In this document: positions 12,255 to 26,000 of the stretch, piece by piece
How positions within the stretch are numbered: the first letter of the stretch is position 1
How the letters are laid out: every line of letters begins with the position of its first letter
Assembly: GCF_018977255.1 (NCBI RefSeq)
Contig: NW_024704742.1
Coordinates: forward strand, 115,694,001 to 115,758,000
Origin: Callorhinchus milii
Lineage: Eukaryota
DNA length: 64,000 nt
Direction of reading: 5' to 3'
Program-made: the position numbers and the translations under genes
Notes under the pieces: model-generated
The model's input: the letters and a program-made list of their open reading frames with translations, nothing else
The model's database searches: none
What the model was told of the DNA's origin: nothing

Positions 12255-13301
12255 CTGTATATATTAAACAGAATAATTAAGCCTAACAAATCCATACATT
12301 TTAACATAATCATTACTGTAAATTAATTCTCTGGAGATAGTGAGAGGGAAATAAACTGGGTAATTCACTTAAAATATTCTACCAATGTTTACAAAATGGA
12401 TTCATTGTAAGGTCAATAACCAATTCATTGCTTTTGCAGAAATAGTTAGCAAACCTTTTTCAATGTAGGATTTCCCACTTTGTCAGTTGTGTGTTACTTG
12501 CTGTTATGCTAATTTATTATTTCTGCAGAATACAAGAATGCAACATTTTACCTAGCAACCTGTTGGATTGCTAAGTGATATTTATTATTTTAAAACGGAT
12601 TTAATTTGTCATAAGAGCTTCATTAGGCCAAGCAACAAAAGAATTTCCATATGTTTGTCCAAATAAGTACTAACTAGTGGTACATTTAATGAAATTCCAA
12701 CCATCAAAAAATGTTTTATTTTTTATGGTCGTACCTTGATCAAATATTGGATCTGTTGGAATCATTCCAGATTATATTACAAATGTCTACATATAACTTT
12801 TTAAAGATAGAGCTGAGATCATGTTGAATTGATAATAGATTAACCATAGAAAAGGGGCTTGTTTGTTTGCAGTGAACAAAATATAATCGACCTACTGTAC
12901 CAGTGACATTGCACAGATCATGAAGTAATTCTGTTTATGATCGGTGGTTTTATTTAATAAAAGATTTTTTTTCCAATTTTCACAAGTAATTTTGTCTTTC
13001 GATTGTTTGTTAAAACTTGGCTTTTTTTACCTGTCTCAAGTAAAATATAAATTGCAAATTATTAGTAATCATAATGCAGAATGATTTCCAGTGCTTGAAT
13101 CGTGCAGAATTAAATTAATCATTTATTACTAGAATACTCACATTTTTGTGAAAACAAATATCTATTTGATATTGCATTAAACTCCAATTTTGACATTTCT
13201 TAAAACTGACTTCTGTTCTTTTGTGGATTTCAAAGTAGCAAGTATTAAAAGTCTTCGTTTATGATTTATTTTCTGGGAGGTGATGTAAAAATCTGACTTA
13301 C

Positions 13302-13567
13302 AAGTGTGTTCAGATTGTGCTGGAATGTTATGCTATTAGATTGATGAGACGAGCATTTCTCTTTCTACATGTTAAAAGCTAATCTTGGTGGGGCTTGTCT
13401 TTTGGCTCTTACAATGGTGTTAGAAAACTATGGTAACAGCCTTGATCTTAACCTTAGAACAGTGTGGGTGGAAGGAAGCCTTCAAGTGGCGTTTATAAAC
13501 TTGACATGACGTATAGTATGTTGTATTTTTGGCAGAACCAGGGAACTTTGATCTTAGGTTCTCAAAT
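13302..13567 (-). pseudogene. Nested-gene exon (FENLRSKFPGSAKNTTYYTSCQVYK...)
   Basis: caacag acceptor and gtaagt donor; 266 nt = 1 + 88 codons + 1, phase-matching both neighbours; 4 stops. Confidence 0.55.
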
Positions 13568-14196
13568 CTGTTGTAGATTAATCAATACAGAATTAATTGC
13601 TATCAACATCGCCATTATTGTAGCATGTGACTATCAGGAGGCAACTAGATGGATCTTGGTCTTTTTTCGTCTAACAATTCCTATGTTACTATGTTCCTAT
13701 AAATTCGATAGATTAAAATCTGGGCGGATCATTTAAATGATCAACATTGTTTCTTTCCCTATTTCTTTCCCACCCCTCGCATATTTGTTTGACAATTTGT
13801 ATGCATCTATTTGTGTAAATTAGGTGTTTTCTATGGTTTCAACTTTCTATTAACATTAAGGATTTTCATTGCTTGTTGTCTTGTCCACAAAACAGTATTG
13901 TACGTGTGCATTGATCACAGTGGGGGAAAATGCACAGCAGCTTTCTTCTCAATGAATTGTGAGAGGCTATTTGGGAAGGTGAATTGACGTGGTTGAGCTG
14001 TGGACTTGCTACTAAAAGAACTACTAAAAGTGGAAAATGTTAACTTGACTGTTATATATGGACAGTGATGCGAAGATAGAAATCTGATATACTGTAGAAT
14101 TGAAATTAACTTCACTAGTACAATAATAACAATAAATTTACAGTTAGCCTGAAAGAACCTGTTAAATAAGGTGTCTAATTGTCTACAGAAGGAAAC

Positions 14197-14570
14197 CTGA
14201 TATCTGTGTTGATTGGGACAAGACTCTCCCTGGATAAGTAAACAGTCTGGATGTCAGGTCATTGCAGCTCTGTGATAAAACGTTGCTTTATAAAGCTAAA
14301 TAGTTTTATAACACAGTTATGGTGTGTTGTGCTTCATGAGCACCAGACAGCTTTCGCATTAAAATGGCGTACGTCTTTGGTCATTAGATTATCACTGACA
14401 TCATTTCTTGTATGCAATTCACAGAGATTAATATTGATGGGAAGTGATGACCCAGGCACTGGCCATTTGTTAGGGTAGGAACCGAGCAGGGTGATAGCCG
14501 ACCTTTGGCACAGGTTGGAATTTTATGCATTATGACAGGACTGCACTATAAGTTTATTGTACTGTACTTC
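14197..14570 (-). pseudogene. Nested-gene exon (EVQYNKLIVQSCHNA*...VRHFNAKAVWCS*...PINTDI-R)
   Basis: CTAAC branch point plus ggtttcag acceptor and gtttcc donor; 374 nt = 124 codons + 2, one frame, 3 stops. Confidence 0.6.
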
Positions 14571-14664
14571 CTGAAACCAGTGGTTAGTGTTTATATTATA
14601 TGTGTCAGCCTAGCTCAGTTGGTAGGACTCTCGCCTATCAGTCGCCATATGGCACTTTGATCTT

Positions 14665-17152
14665 CTAGTTAAGCGGGGTCTCCTCAGAGCAGAACTGGCT
14701 CCAAGGTGACATGCCTAGCGACACAATGTTGGAATCGAGCCAGCGTCTGTGGCGGTCTTGGTAGTGCAGTTCCTGAGCCAGACAAGAACGGAGTAATCCA
14801 GGGCACTGCTGATGACAGCACAGGACTAGGAAGGCTGGACCAGTCACTGGGGGCAGGGAGTAATCCTCCCACTGCAAGCCAAAGCCCTAATAGGATGGGT
14901 GGTTCGAGCCTGTACAGGACAGCCTGTACCAGTGTCTCCCTCCCTCCGTCTGTCTGTCTGTTTCCCCTGTCCTTCCCCTGCAGGCTGCTCGTTGCTATCC
15001 ACAATAAGCGCCTTCCCCCCTCTGCTCCAACTCTAGCCCCCCCAGGCTCCTGCAGGTTGACAATGTCCTACTAAACCTGCCGCCTCTTGTCTCAACGTGC
15101 GCATCTTGGCTGCCGCCCCTAACTTGAGCTGGCCCTCCCTCAAAATGCCCCCCCTCCCTGCAACTCTCCTGCTCTGTCCTGCTTACTCTCTGCCCTCCCC
15201 GCCTCCTATCTCTGCTTGAACCCCCCCCCCCCCCCCCCCCCACTGCCTCCCTCTGCTCCAGCCTGGGAATCCTCGGCCGAGCTCATTGCAGCACTCGGCG
15301 CTGGCTGTCCAGCAGCTGCCACACCGACTGCCCCATTCCCCACTACCGCCGCAAGCCACCCAGGACCCTGACCCCGGGGGGCTAACCTCTCCTCCCTCAT
15401 CTGCATCCCCACCCATCCTGCCAACCATTTCACTACCCCCTCCCATCCCACTCTGCCAACTGTCCACTCTGCATTGGACTTCAAATATCCCCTCCATCTC
15501 CAATAAGACCCTGGCCATCAATGAACTCATCCTCGATGAGAACATTGACATCATGGCACTAACAAAAACCTGGATCACCCCAGATGACACCTTCCCCGTC
15601 ACTGAGGCCACACCATCCAGCTACACTTACCACCATGCCCCGCATCCCAACCGTTGTGGCGGTGGTGTAGCCCTCATATCCACGGTGTCACTTTCCCTAT
15701 CCCCCTACTCCACCGGCTCGGTCCCCTCTTTCGAACACCTTAACCTCTGCCATCCCTCCCACCTCTCTCTGAAAATTCTCTTACTCTACCGCACCCCAAA
15801 ATCCTCTCCCACCTTCATCTCTGACATCTCCACTCTCTTTGCTTCCCTCTGCCTCTGCTCCAACCGCCTCATCATCCTAGGCGACTTCAACCTCCACTTC
15901 ACCCCCTCCTGCTCCATCTCCTCAGACTTTTCCTTTCTCGTCTCCTCTCTCAACCACTCCCTCCACATCCACTCTGCTACCCACACCCACGGTCACCCGC
16001 TTGACCTGGTGATCACCCGGGGCCTCAGCGTCTCGGATGTCACCATCACTGACAAGGCCATCTCTGACCACCATTTCATCTCCAATATCCCTCTCCCACT
16101 GCCTCCAAACCTACCACCATCTTCTACCGCCCGTGGAAGAAGATCTCCCCGCAATCCCTCTCTGCTGCACTGGAGCCCTCTGATCTCCTCCCCCTCTGGC
16201 CCACCTCTTGCAACATCATTAACCTCTCCCTGTCATCTGGCACTGTTCCTTCCCCCTTCAAAACAGCCACTATCACCCCCACCTTGAAGAAACCTTCCCT
16301 CGACCCATCACAGCTATCTAGCTACCGGATCATCTCAAATCTCCCCTTCCTATCCAAGGACCTTGAGAGACCCGTTGCCTCCCAGCTTCGCTTTTCCTCT
16401 CGCTCCCTCCATGAACCCCTCCAAACGGGTTTCCGTGCTGCCACACCATGGACCACTCAGTCCTCCTCCACCACCTCTCCTTCCACCTCAACCTTCAAGG
16501 TTCTGTCCTTGACTGGTTCAGGTCCTATCTTTCACACCACCTCCACTTCGTCGTGGCAAACGGTTTCTCCTCCATCCCCCGCACTGTGTCGTGCGGTGTT
16601 CCTCAGGGCTCTCTCAGTCCCCTCATCTTCATCCTCTACATGCTCCCCCATGGTGACATCTTCCGCAGACATGGGGTAAATTACTACATGTATCCGGATG
16701 ACGCCCAACTCTACCTCTCTGCCTCCACCCTTAACTCCAGGACTACTGGCGTCCTGACCGACTGCCTGTCCGACATCAAGTCCTGGACGAGGGCCAACTT
16801 TCTCCAACTCAACATCAGCATGTCCGAGGCCCTCCTGATTGGCTTGCGCCAGCGCCTCCGCACCTCAGGCGCTGGCAGCATTAGCCTCCACGGCTGCACA
16901 CAAAACCTCACTAAGCCAATCAGGAACCTAGGTGTCTTGTTTGACCCTGAACTGTCCTTTCTCCCCCACATCCGCGCTATGACCGGCACTACCTACCACC
17001 ACCTCTGCAACATTGCCAGACTCCGCCATTGCCTCACCCCTCAGGCTGCCGAAACCCTCACCCACGCATTCGTCACCTCAAGGCTTGATTACGGGAACTC
17101 ACTCCTCATCGGCCTTCCCAACTCTTCCCTTCACAAGCTGCAGATCATCCAA
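14665..17152 (+). mobile_element. L2-clade LINE, disrupted ORF2 (APE endonuclease + RT) with 5' region
   Basis: APE motifs (DIMALTKTW, IILGDFNLH, HTHGHPLDLV, SDHH) and RT motifs (GVPQGS, YPDD), with frameshifts and deletions. Confidence 0.92.
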
Positions 17153-18949
17153 AATCCACAGTTTTTCACATGCAAATATAGAACACTTGCTTGCAATTTG
17201 GAATATTGGGCCATGAGTCATAAATCAGATAAATCATCTTGATCAATATGGGGATTAAGAATCTGTAGTTTTGACCAGTTTATGGAAACGGGGTATATAT
17301 AGTTTATAGTTTCTTTAAAAATATGATGTGTGAATACTTGATGAAACTATATGGTGTATTTCTGCATTTTTGCCACTGGCAAAATGCTTCTTGTAATTCA
17401 CTGTGGAATTTGAATTGAGGGTCAGAAGCTGAGTAGACTTTCTACTTTCACTAGTCAAGGCAATATTACAATTGGAATGACAAATCTTAGATAAAGTGGA
17501 GGTCAAGAAGTAATTGCAAAATGGAGTAGAGAATAGAATGGTTCACTCTATCAATACAATCTTCCTGATATACAATCTTCCTTAAAACTAGCCATTTTTT
17601 TCCTAACCATGACATTTCCCTGCCATTTCACCCTCTGGTGAGAACAATGTTTAAATTTCTGAGGGTTTCGATACCAGAGAAACTGAAGGAATCTGAAGTC
17701 AATAAATTGACCAATATACATTTCAAAATCTGCTTTCTTTTAATCCCATCTGTCCAACAGCAACATACATTTAAATAGCATCCTTCATGTTGGATAATGG
17801 TTGGGGGGTAGGGGAGACCAGAGCAAGGGAGAAAGGGGAGGAAACTACATAGGTGCAATTGAAGAGGTAATTTTAAGATGGAACATACAACAACAACAAC
17901 AAACACTTGCATAGTGCAATTCACGTTTGAAAGATGTCCCAGGGCACTGGACAATTGGGTTTTGGACCCAAGCTGGAAATTAAATTAATAATCCTTGCAT
18001 TCGATATAGCGCTTTTCACGTCTTCTAGAAGTCTCAAAGCGCTTCACAGAATAGACTGTAAAGTGAATTGATTGTGTATTTATGGGCGAAATGCAGCAGC
18101 CAATTGCGCAGAGCAGTGTCCCACAAACAGTCGTGGATTGAAAATGGCCAATTTATTATTTTTTTGAGAGATTATTATCAGGTGTATGGAGTAAGGAGAC
18201 TTGGGGTCAGAAGGGGAGGAGGGCGTACACAATTTCCCTCATTTGTATAATGTGTACAGCTTTCACCAACTCTATTAGTTTTGTAATGGATATGCGCTTT
18301 TCAAAAGAAGATTTGTTGCATGCCTGGATTATTAAAATCACAAGACATATGGTAACAATAATAATCCTTGCATTTGATTTGGATTGTCACTGAGCCACCT
18401 CAAAGCACTTCACATGATTTTACTATGAAGTGTAGCATTTGTGACAGCCAATTTTCACACAGCAATATCTCACAAACAGCCTGTCAATCATCTCGGAGGC
18501 CCCGCTAATTGGCTCTTTTCCCTTCCAATGTGATTGGCAATGGGATGGAGGAGGCGTCTGCTTGTCTGCTGGGCAGCAAGAGGTAAGAGAACTTTGGTTA
18601 ACATTCGAAGCCACTTAAGTTGGACAAAACGGTTGGCCTCTGTGTCCAGTTTAAGCGGCTTCCACTATATTTTCATCCACAAAGTACACAGTCAATTCAT
18701 TTTACAGTTTGTTGTGTGAAGTGCTTTGAGGTGTCTCAACAACGCGATAGGGTGCTATATCAAATACAAGGATTATTATTTATCAGTGGAACAAACTTGC
18801 CTGAACTGCTCAGCCATGCGCTGTGCCACTCGCGTGGAAAAGCTTGCATAGTAGCCATTTTGATTGTGTGGCAAGATCTCTGTGAGTAGAAATTTTAGTC
18901 CTTGCCTCCTGTGAGGTTCTCCCTGATTGTTAAAGCCTTGAGTGAGTGA

Positions 18950-20200
18950 TTCAGGTTGTTAAAATGAGTAAAATTACCAAAAAAGTGAAGCACGACGCTT
19001 TCGATAAGAACAGAGGCAGATGCAATTCATAACGTGCCATGATTGCAAAAAAAAAAGTCATGTTCCAGGAACAATCCTCAACTCGCGGCTACTGAACAAG
19101 GACAACATTCTCAATCCTATTTACAGACAGATTCAGTGTAAATCGAAAATGAATGCAGACACGGTAATATTGCAAAATGTTTATTGGCATGGTTTCATCA
19201 AACAAGAACTCAAAGCATACCAGTAAGTGGTGCAATTCTTATACCCAACAAAGTAAACTTGATGAATGGAAAGCTGCATCACTGTCTGGAATTGTTTCAG
19301 AATATAAGCAGGATATTTGTAATGCAGATGAAATCGATTCACTTTGGCAGTTACTTTTCAAGGGAGAAAAATTTTCAAGGGTGAAGAAAAGTAAGCAGCG
19401 AATCACCTTTCTATTGGCTGCGAAGAAGGAAGGATCTGATAAAAGAAAACATCTGGTCATTGGAAAATATGCAAAACCTTGCTGTTTTCAATGGGTACAG
19501 GTTAATCGCTTGCCTGATCGGTACACAGCGAACACGAAAACTTGAATGTAAGCACCATCTTCGAGCAATATGTTAATGCCTTTGACTGTGACAGAAGAGG
19601 AAGGTTGTCCTTATCGTGGACAGTTGTTGACCCATACGTCAGTGGCCTCAAGGCTGGGCATCTACTGTTTCTGCTGCCCAATACAATGTCACACACTCAG
19701 CCCCTGGACATTGGCATCATCAGGAATTTCAAAGTTCATTACTATCAGACTCTGGCTATACAAACGCTCGTGGAAGCCGAAAACGGGAAGATCGGGTATA
19801 CATCAATCACGATAATGGAAAACATGGGATTTGATGGAACAAGAGACAATTGCAAACAATTGCTTCCGGCCTGGGGTTTCATCTGTAATCAGCCAACTGG
19901 TGAGGATAACATGTTTTGGAGGTTGAATCGGAGGAATCTAGCCCTTTCAGCACTGCCCTTGAATAGCTACGCACCATCAGCTTGTGGCAACGTATGTTTC
20001 CCAGGATGTTTTCATCCATGTGGACGCTACAGTCAGTGTATCGGAATTGACTTCTGATAGTGACGTTACTGCCGCGCAATCAAAGAGCGATAAGCTAGTT
20101 CATGATGATGATGAAGAAGAAAATGATGACACCGACAGAGCAGAAGGTGGTTAAACTCACCCGGTCAACCTGTGTGAAATACAGTACCTTGCAAGTTGGG
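18950..20200 (+). mobile_element. Tigger/pogo DNA transposon remnant
   Basis: ICNADE, SKQRITFLLAA, LVIGKYAKP and FLLPNTMSHTQPLDIGIIRNFK motifs (DDE_1 transposase), frameshifted. Confidence 0.88.
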
Positions 20201-20339
20201 AAGGGAAAGTTGTATATTTGTAGGACACATGAGTGATATCTGACAGTCTGCCATGTTTTGTCATATTGAAAATACAGTGTATTTTGTTGTATGTAAATTA
20301 CATAAAGATGTTTGGTGTTCACATCTAACCTGGGTACAA

Positions 20340-20565
20340 ACCGTCATGGATTGAGTGACCAAATTATTAATTTATTTATTTTGAAGGGATTATTACCCTT
20401 GGAAAGCGATCTCCCAATCAATTAACAACTAGGTTCCTACTTACTGCTAGATAAACAGAGGCATGCGTAGTAAGGAAACTTGCCTAAGGTTTTGCCCTGC
20501 CCGGGAATTAAACCAGGATCCTCATGCTTGCAAGTTGAGTGTCTAACCAGTACACTACAGGTCCC
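20340..20565 (-). mobile_element. tRNA-derived SINE, 5' half
   Basis: Reverse complement matches the head of the 26001 SINE. Confidence 0.75.
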
Positions 20566-20619
20566 ATGTGAGGGGCTTTGTCAAATAGAGGCACAGTTGG
20601 CTGCACGGGAAATGGATCA

Positions 20620-22700
20620 ACAACAACAACAAGATTACATTTGTATAGCAGCTTTCAGGTCGGGAGGACGTCCCATGACGCTGGACAGTGTACAGCATTT
20701 CAGACCCAAGCTGGGGTCAAGGGGGAGAGGGGAGAGGAAGGGGAGTGACCAATAGCATGGTCAAAGAGGAAGGTTTTGAGGCGGGACTTGAAGGAGGCTA
20801 AGGAGGGGGTGAGGCGGAGTGATTGGGAGATGGAGTTCCAGAGGTTGGGAGCAGAGTGGCTGAAGGCTCTCCCGCCAATGGTGGGTCGGGGGACGTGGAG
20901 CAGGCCAGAGCCAGTTGAGCGGAGGGAGCAGCCGGGTTGGTAGGAGGTTAGGAGGTCAAAGCGATAGGGTGGGGCGAGGCCATTGAGGGCTTTGTAGGTG
21001 AGGACCAGGAATTTGAACTGGATCCTCTGAGAGATAGGGAGCCAATGGAGAGGGGCGAGAATGGGGGAGATGGGGTCACGGAGTTTGGTGCGGGAGAGTT
21101 CTGGATTATCTGCAGCCTGTGGAGGGAGGAGTTGGGAAGGCCGACAAGCAGGGCATTTGCATAGTCGAGCCTGGAGGTGATGAAGGCATGAACAAGAGTT
21201 TCAGTGGCCTGAGGTGTGAGGTAGTGGCGGAGTCGGGTGATGTTACGGAGGTGAGGGAAGGCAGAGCGGGTCATGGCTTGGATGTGGGGAAGGAAAGACA
21301 GTTGAGGGTCGAACAAGACACCTAAGTTCCTGACTGGCTTGGTGAGTTGAAGTGTGCAACCATGGAAGTTGATGCTGCCAGAGCCTGAGGTGCAGAGTCA
21401 CTGGCGCGAGCCAATCGGGAGGGCCCCAGTCTTGTTCACATTCAACTGTAGGAAGTTTGCCCTCATCCAGGACTTGATGTCTGACAGGCAGTCTGTCAGG
21501 ACAGCAGTGGTCCTGGAGCTGAGGGTGGAGGCAGAAAGATAGAGTTGGGTGTCATCCATATACATGTGGAAGTTGACCCCATGTCTGCGGATGATGTCAC
21601 CAAGGGGGAGCATGTAGATATTACAGAGGAGAGGGCCAAGGACAGAGCCCTGGGGGACGCCAGACGTGACAGTGCGGGGGCTGGAGGAGAAACCGTTAGA
21701 GGCAACAAAGTGGAGACGGTGAGAGAGATAGGAATTGAACCAGGCAAGGGCAGGTCCGTGATGATTAAGTAAGGAGGAGAGGCATTGTATGAGGATGGAG
21801 TGGTCGACAGTGTCAAAAGCGGCAGAGAGGTCGAGGAGGACAAGGAGGCAGAGGAAGCCCTGTTCACAGATGTTCAGAATGTCATTAATGACTTTGACCA
21901 GGGCTGTTTCCATGCTATGGGCAGCGCGGAAACCGTATTGAAGGGGTTCAAAGAGGGAATGGCGAGAGAGAAAGGAGCGGAGCTGGGACGCAACGACTCG
22001 TTGCAGGACCTTGGGAGACTAATGGGAGGTTAGCGATGGTGCGGTAGCTGGAAAGTTGGGATGGTCCAGGGAAGGTTTTTTCAGGATGGGGGTGATGACA
22101 GCTGTTTTTAGGGCAGTTGGAACTGAACCAGTTGAGAAAGGGAGGTTGATGATGTCGGACAGGAGAGGGGCCAGAAGGTGGTGCTGGGAGAGGAGGAGAG
22201 AGGTGGGGATGGGATTGAGGGAACAGGTGGTGGGTTTGAGTTTGCGAATAATCGCGGAGAGGGAGGAGGGAGAGGGTCGAAGGAGTATAGGGGGGGATGG
22301 GTGGGGGGGGTGGGTCATGAGGGAGAGGTGTTATGGGGGTGGCTGTGGACGGGGCAGAGGTAGCTGAACGTATCCCCTCGATTTTGGTTTCAAGGAAATC
22401 CAGGATCTCCTGGAGCCTTCTTCATCCCAACCTCTCTTGTGAACTTGCATTGTTTTGACAAAGGACGATTTGGCTGAGACAAAGACAGAGTAAATGTATT
22501 GGTGCAGTGCAGCCAAATCTGGCAGTGGACTGTTAGGTTGGATTTGAGTGAGGTGCAATCAGCAGCATGTACCTGTGACTTGAGGAGTGGAGGTGGATGA
22601 TGTTTCAGTGGAATTTCAGGAATAGGAGGCAGTATGGCAGGTGAGGGGGCAAGGGGTGAAAGAAGAAGGAAGCGGTTGGTGGCAGGGAGTAGGTTAACGG
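20620..22700 (-). mobile_element. L2-clade LINE ORF2 (RT) to 3' tail
   Basis: LDLSAAFDTVDH, GVPQGSVLGP, YMDDTQLY and SRLDYANALL motifs; (CAA)n tail. Confidence 0.92.
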
Positions 22701-23049
22701 GTTTAAACTTAAACAAGCCAAAAGTAAACTAACAGTTGTGGGACCCAGGTCTGCTCTGTCGCACTGACAGCTGCTTGCTATGCACAGTGTTTGTTAGTGC
22801 AGGTCTTCCTGCCCTCTAACGGCCCTGGAGGACTCATACCTACATCCCTTGGAATTATGATATATCAGGCGTATAATATACTGTATATGCAATGCATGAA
22901 ATTTTTTTTACACATCAGTAGCTATGCTAATTATTAAATAAAACACTGCTCATATAAAGTATGGCTAATAGCAGTGATATTTTTGATAACTCTTCAACTT
23001 TGATAAAAAGTTGATTAAAAAATTGTGATTAAAATAAAACAGAAAAAGG

Positions 23050-24490
23050 AGACTTATGACAAATGTCAGGTCCAAAAACACACAGGATAATCAAATAGAA
23101 TATAGGAAGTACAGAGGAGAAGTGAAAAGGGAAATAAAAGGGGCAAAAAGATTGTACGAGAAAAGACTAGCAGGAAACATAAGCATATTAAGAATAAAAG
23201 GTTAGTCTAAGTAGGGTGGGTCCAATTAGAGACCCAAGTAGAAATCTTCTTGTTGAGGCAGAAGGCATGACTGATGTACTTTGTACTTTGCAACTGTCTT
23301 CACAAAAGAAGACGATGCAACCAATGCCACAGTTTTGCAGGCGTGTGAACAAAAATTGGATATGATAAAAATCAATGGAGAAGAGGTGCTAAAAAGGCTG
23401 TCCACCAGGAGACCATGGTCCGGACGGATGCATCCTAGGTTACTGATGCATCCTAGATTCTCGGGCATGGCAAGGGTGGAAATAGTGGAGGCTCTGGCCA
23501 GAATCTTTCAATCCTCTTTGGACATTGGAGTGGTGCCAGAGGACTGGAAGGTTGCAAATGTTACTCCCCTGTACAAAAAGGGGCAGAAGGATAAACCTGA
23601 GAACTACAGGCCAATCAGCCTAACAACAGTAGTAGGGAAACTTCTGGAGACTATAATCCGGGACAATATAAATTCTCACTTAGAAAAATATGGTTTAATA
23701 AAGGACAGTCAACACAGATTTGTTAAAGGCAGATCGTGTCTGACAAACCTAATAGAATTTTTTGAAGTGATTGATACGGTGGATGAAGGTATTTCAGTAG
23801 ACATAGCTTATCTAGATTTTCAAAAGGCATTTGACAAAGTGCCACATAAGAGACGTATAAACAAATAAAAGCCCACGGTATTAAAGGGACCATGGCAACA
23901 TGGATTCAGAACTGGCTAGGAGACAGAAACCCGAGAGTGGTAGTAAACGGTTGCTTTTCTGACTGGAGGGAGGTGTGTAGTGGTGTCCCTCAGGGGTCAG
24001 TATTGGGACACTGCTCTTTCTGATCAATATTAATGATCTGGACCTGGATATAGGGAGCACAATTTCCAAATTTGCAGATGATACTAAGCTTGGAAAAGTA
24101 TGGTGAGGAGGATAGCATCAGACTCCAAGAGGACTTGGACAGATTTGGTAAAATAGGTAGAAAAAGTGCCAGATGAGGTTTAATGTGGAGAAATGCGAAT
24201 GGTAGGAAGAATGAAGAGAGGCGGTATAAGCTAGATGGTACAATCTTAAAGGGGGCAAATGAACAGAGAGACCTGGGGGTCCACATAAGCAAATCTCTGA
24301 AGGTGGCAGGACAGGTAGATAAAGCTGTTAAAAATATGGGATACTAGGTTTTATAAATAGGGGCATAGAATTCAAAAGTCAGGAGGTTATGTTAATATTT
24401 ATAAAATGCTGGTTAGGCCTCAGTTGGAGTACTGGGTTCATTTCTGGGCACCTCACTTTAGGAAAGATGTCAGGGCATGGGAGAGGGTGT
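23050..24490 (+). mobile_element. CR1-clade LINE ORF2 fragment
   Basis: VPEDWKVANVTPLYKKG, NYRPISLT, YLDFQKAFDKVPH and FADDTK motifs. Confidence 0.92.
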
Positions 24491-26000
24491 AAAGAATTAT
24501 CAGAGTTTCACTGACGTATATATCAAAAATGAGAATAAAATTCCAAATTTGAATTCATTATAATAAAGTGGCTGGCCCTTTTGCAAAAAAAAATGAGCCT
24601 ATCAACCCATCTGATTGGGAATGGCTTAAATCGGATTGCGCCAGAACCCTTGTAAATTCATGTGCTATATTCATCTCCTCATCTCTCTATAAAACCTTGA
24701 CATTGTTTCGCTTAAAAAAAATTGCATCCACAATTTATAGTATAAGAAACCCTGTTTAAGATCCTCCCTATGTACAGAGTATCTAATAGAAATGTAGGAA
24801 TGTGCTGCCACTCAGGACAAGTTTAAAATACCCAGCATAAATGAATGTTATGTACAAGCCTGGGAACAGGCATATCACATATCAGACATGTCACCTGCAT
24901 AAACAGACTGCACTGGGAAAGGGTGAAGTCAATCATTGTTGATGTTTTTCTAATGTTTATTTGGATAAAAGCCAATTTATTTTTTTTGTATCAAGGGTGT
25001 TTTATTCTGTGTTTATTGGTTGAAACTGAAAATCAGAAGCCTTAACCATATCAAATGCAAGGATTATTATTAATTTGCTATTATTTTATTAAAACTGCCT
25101 GGTGGAAGCAGCTTCGATAGTAACTTTCAACAGAGAATTGGAACTTTAAAAAGGAAAAATTTGCAGGGCTATGGGGTAAGAGTGGGAGTTGGACTAGTTC
25201 GATAGCTCTTTCAAAGAGCTGGCACAGGCATGATGGGCCGAATGGTCTTCTTATGTGCTGTAAGATTCTATGACCTTAGTAAATCCATTGAGTCTAGGTA
25301 AAGAAAATATCCATCAAAACTAACAGGTGGAACCAGCCTATACAGAGGGTTTTATCATTGAATTCTTATGTTCCTGTATTACAGTGATGAAGCACTAGGA
25401 TATTAATTTGTCTGTTGTGTTTCTAAAATTAACAACAGTGCTGTTGTTCTACTAATGGTTGTCGGACATCCATATATGATGTTAACTCCTCCAAAAACAA
25501 CAACAGATTGCATTTATATAGCATCAGGAAGATATCTCAAGCCACTGTACATTGCACCCAAGCCGATCTGTTTCTAGTGTTTCTAACTGATTTGACAAAT
25601 TCTGAGAGTAGTCAACCTAGATAAAGTTCGGTAGATTTTTTTAAAATCCAAATTGGAGACTTAACAGGCTTTTTAAGCATTATATTTAAACTTATAAATT
25701 TCATTTGCGTGCTTTTTGCTGACCGAAGATCTTTGCATGAAGTCATAACTTTCATCAAGCTGTAAAACAAAGCAGTACCCATTTGAAAGGACTTTCAGTA
25801 TTTAGACTAAGCTAACTTAACTCTCGCCTTCATTCCATAAGATTACTGTAATATATCAGAACATGCTGGCCATATGGTAACGATGTCCACAAGTTTGATG
25901 CTGAATAAAATAAAATCAGGTGCACATTATTTAAAAAAAAATACTTTTAGAGAGATTCTGATACAAAGCTTCATTGAGTGCCACATTGATCATTGATTGT

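Noticed and set aside
15286..17242. Active retrotransposon or novel reverse-transcriptase system
   Set aside because: Ordinary L2 ORF2 with deletions, frameshifts and YADD changed to YPDD.
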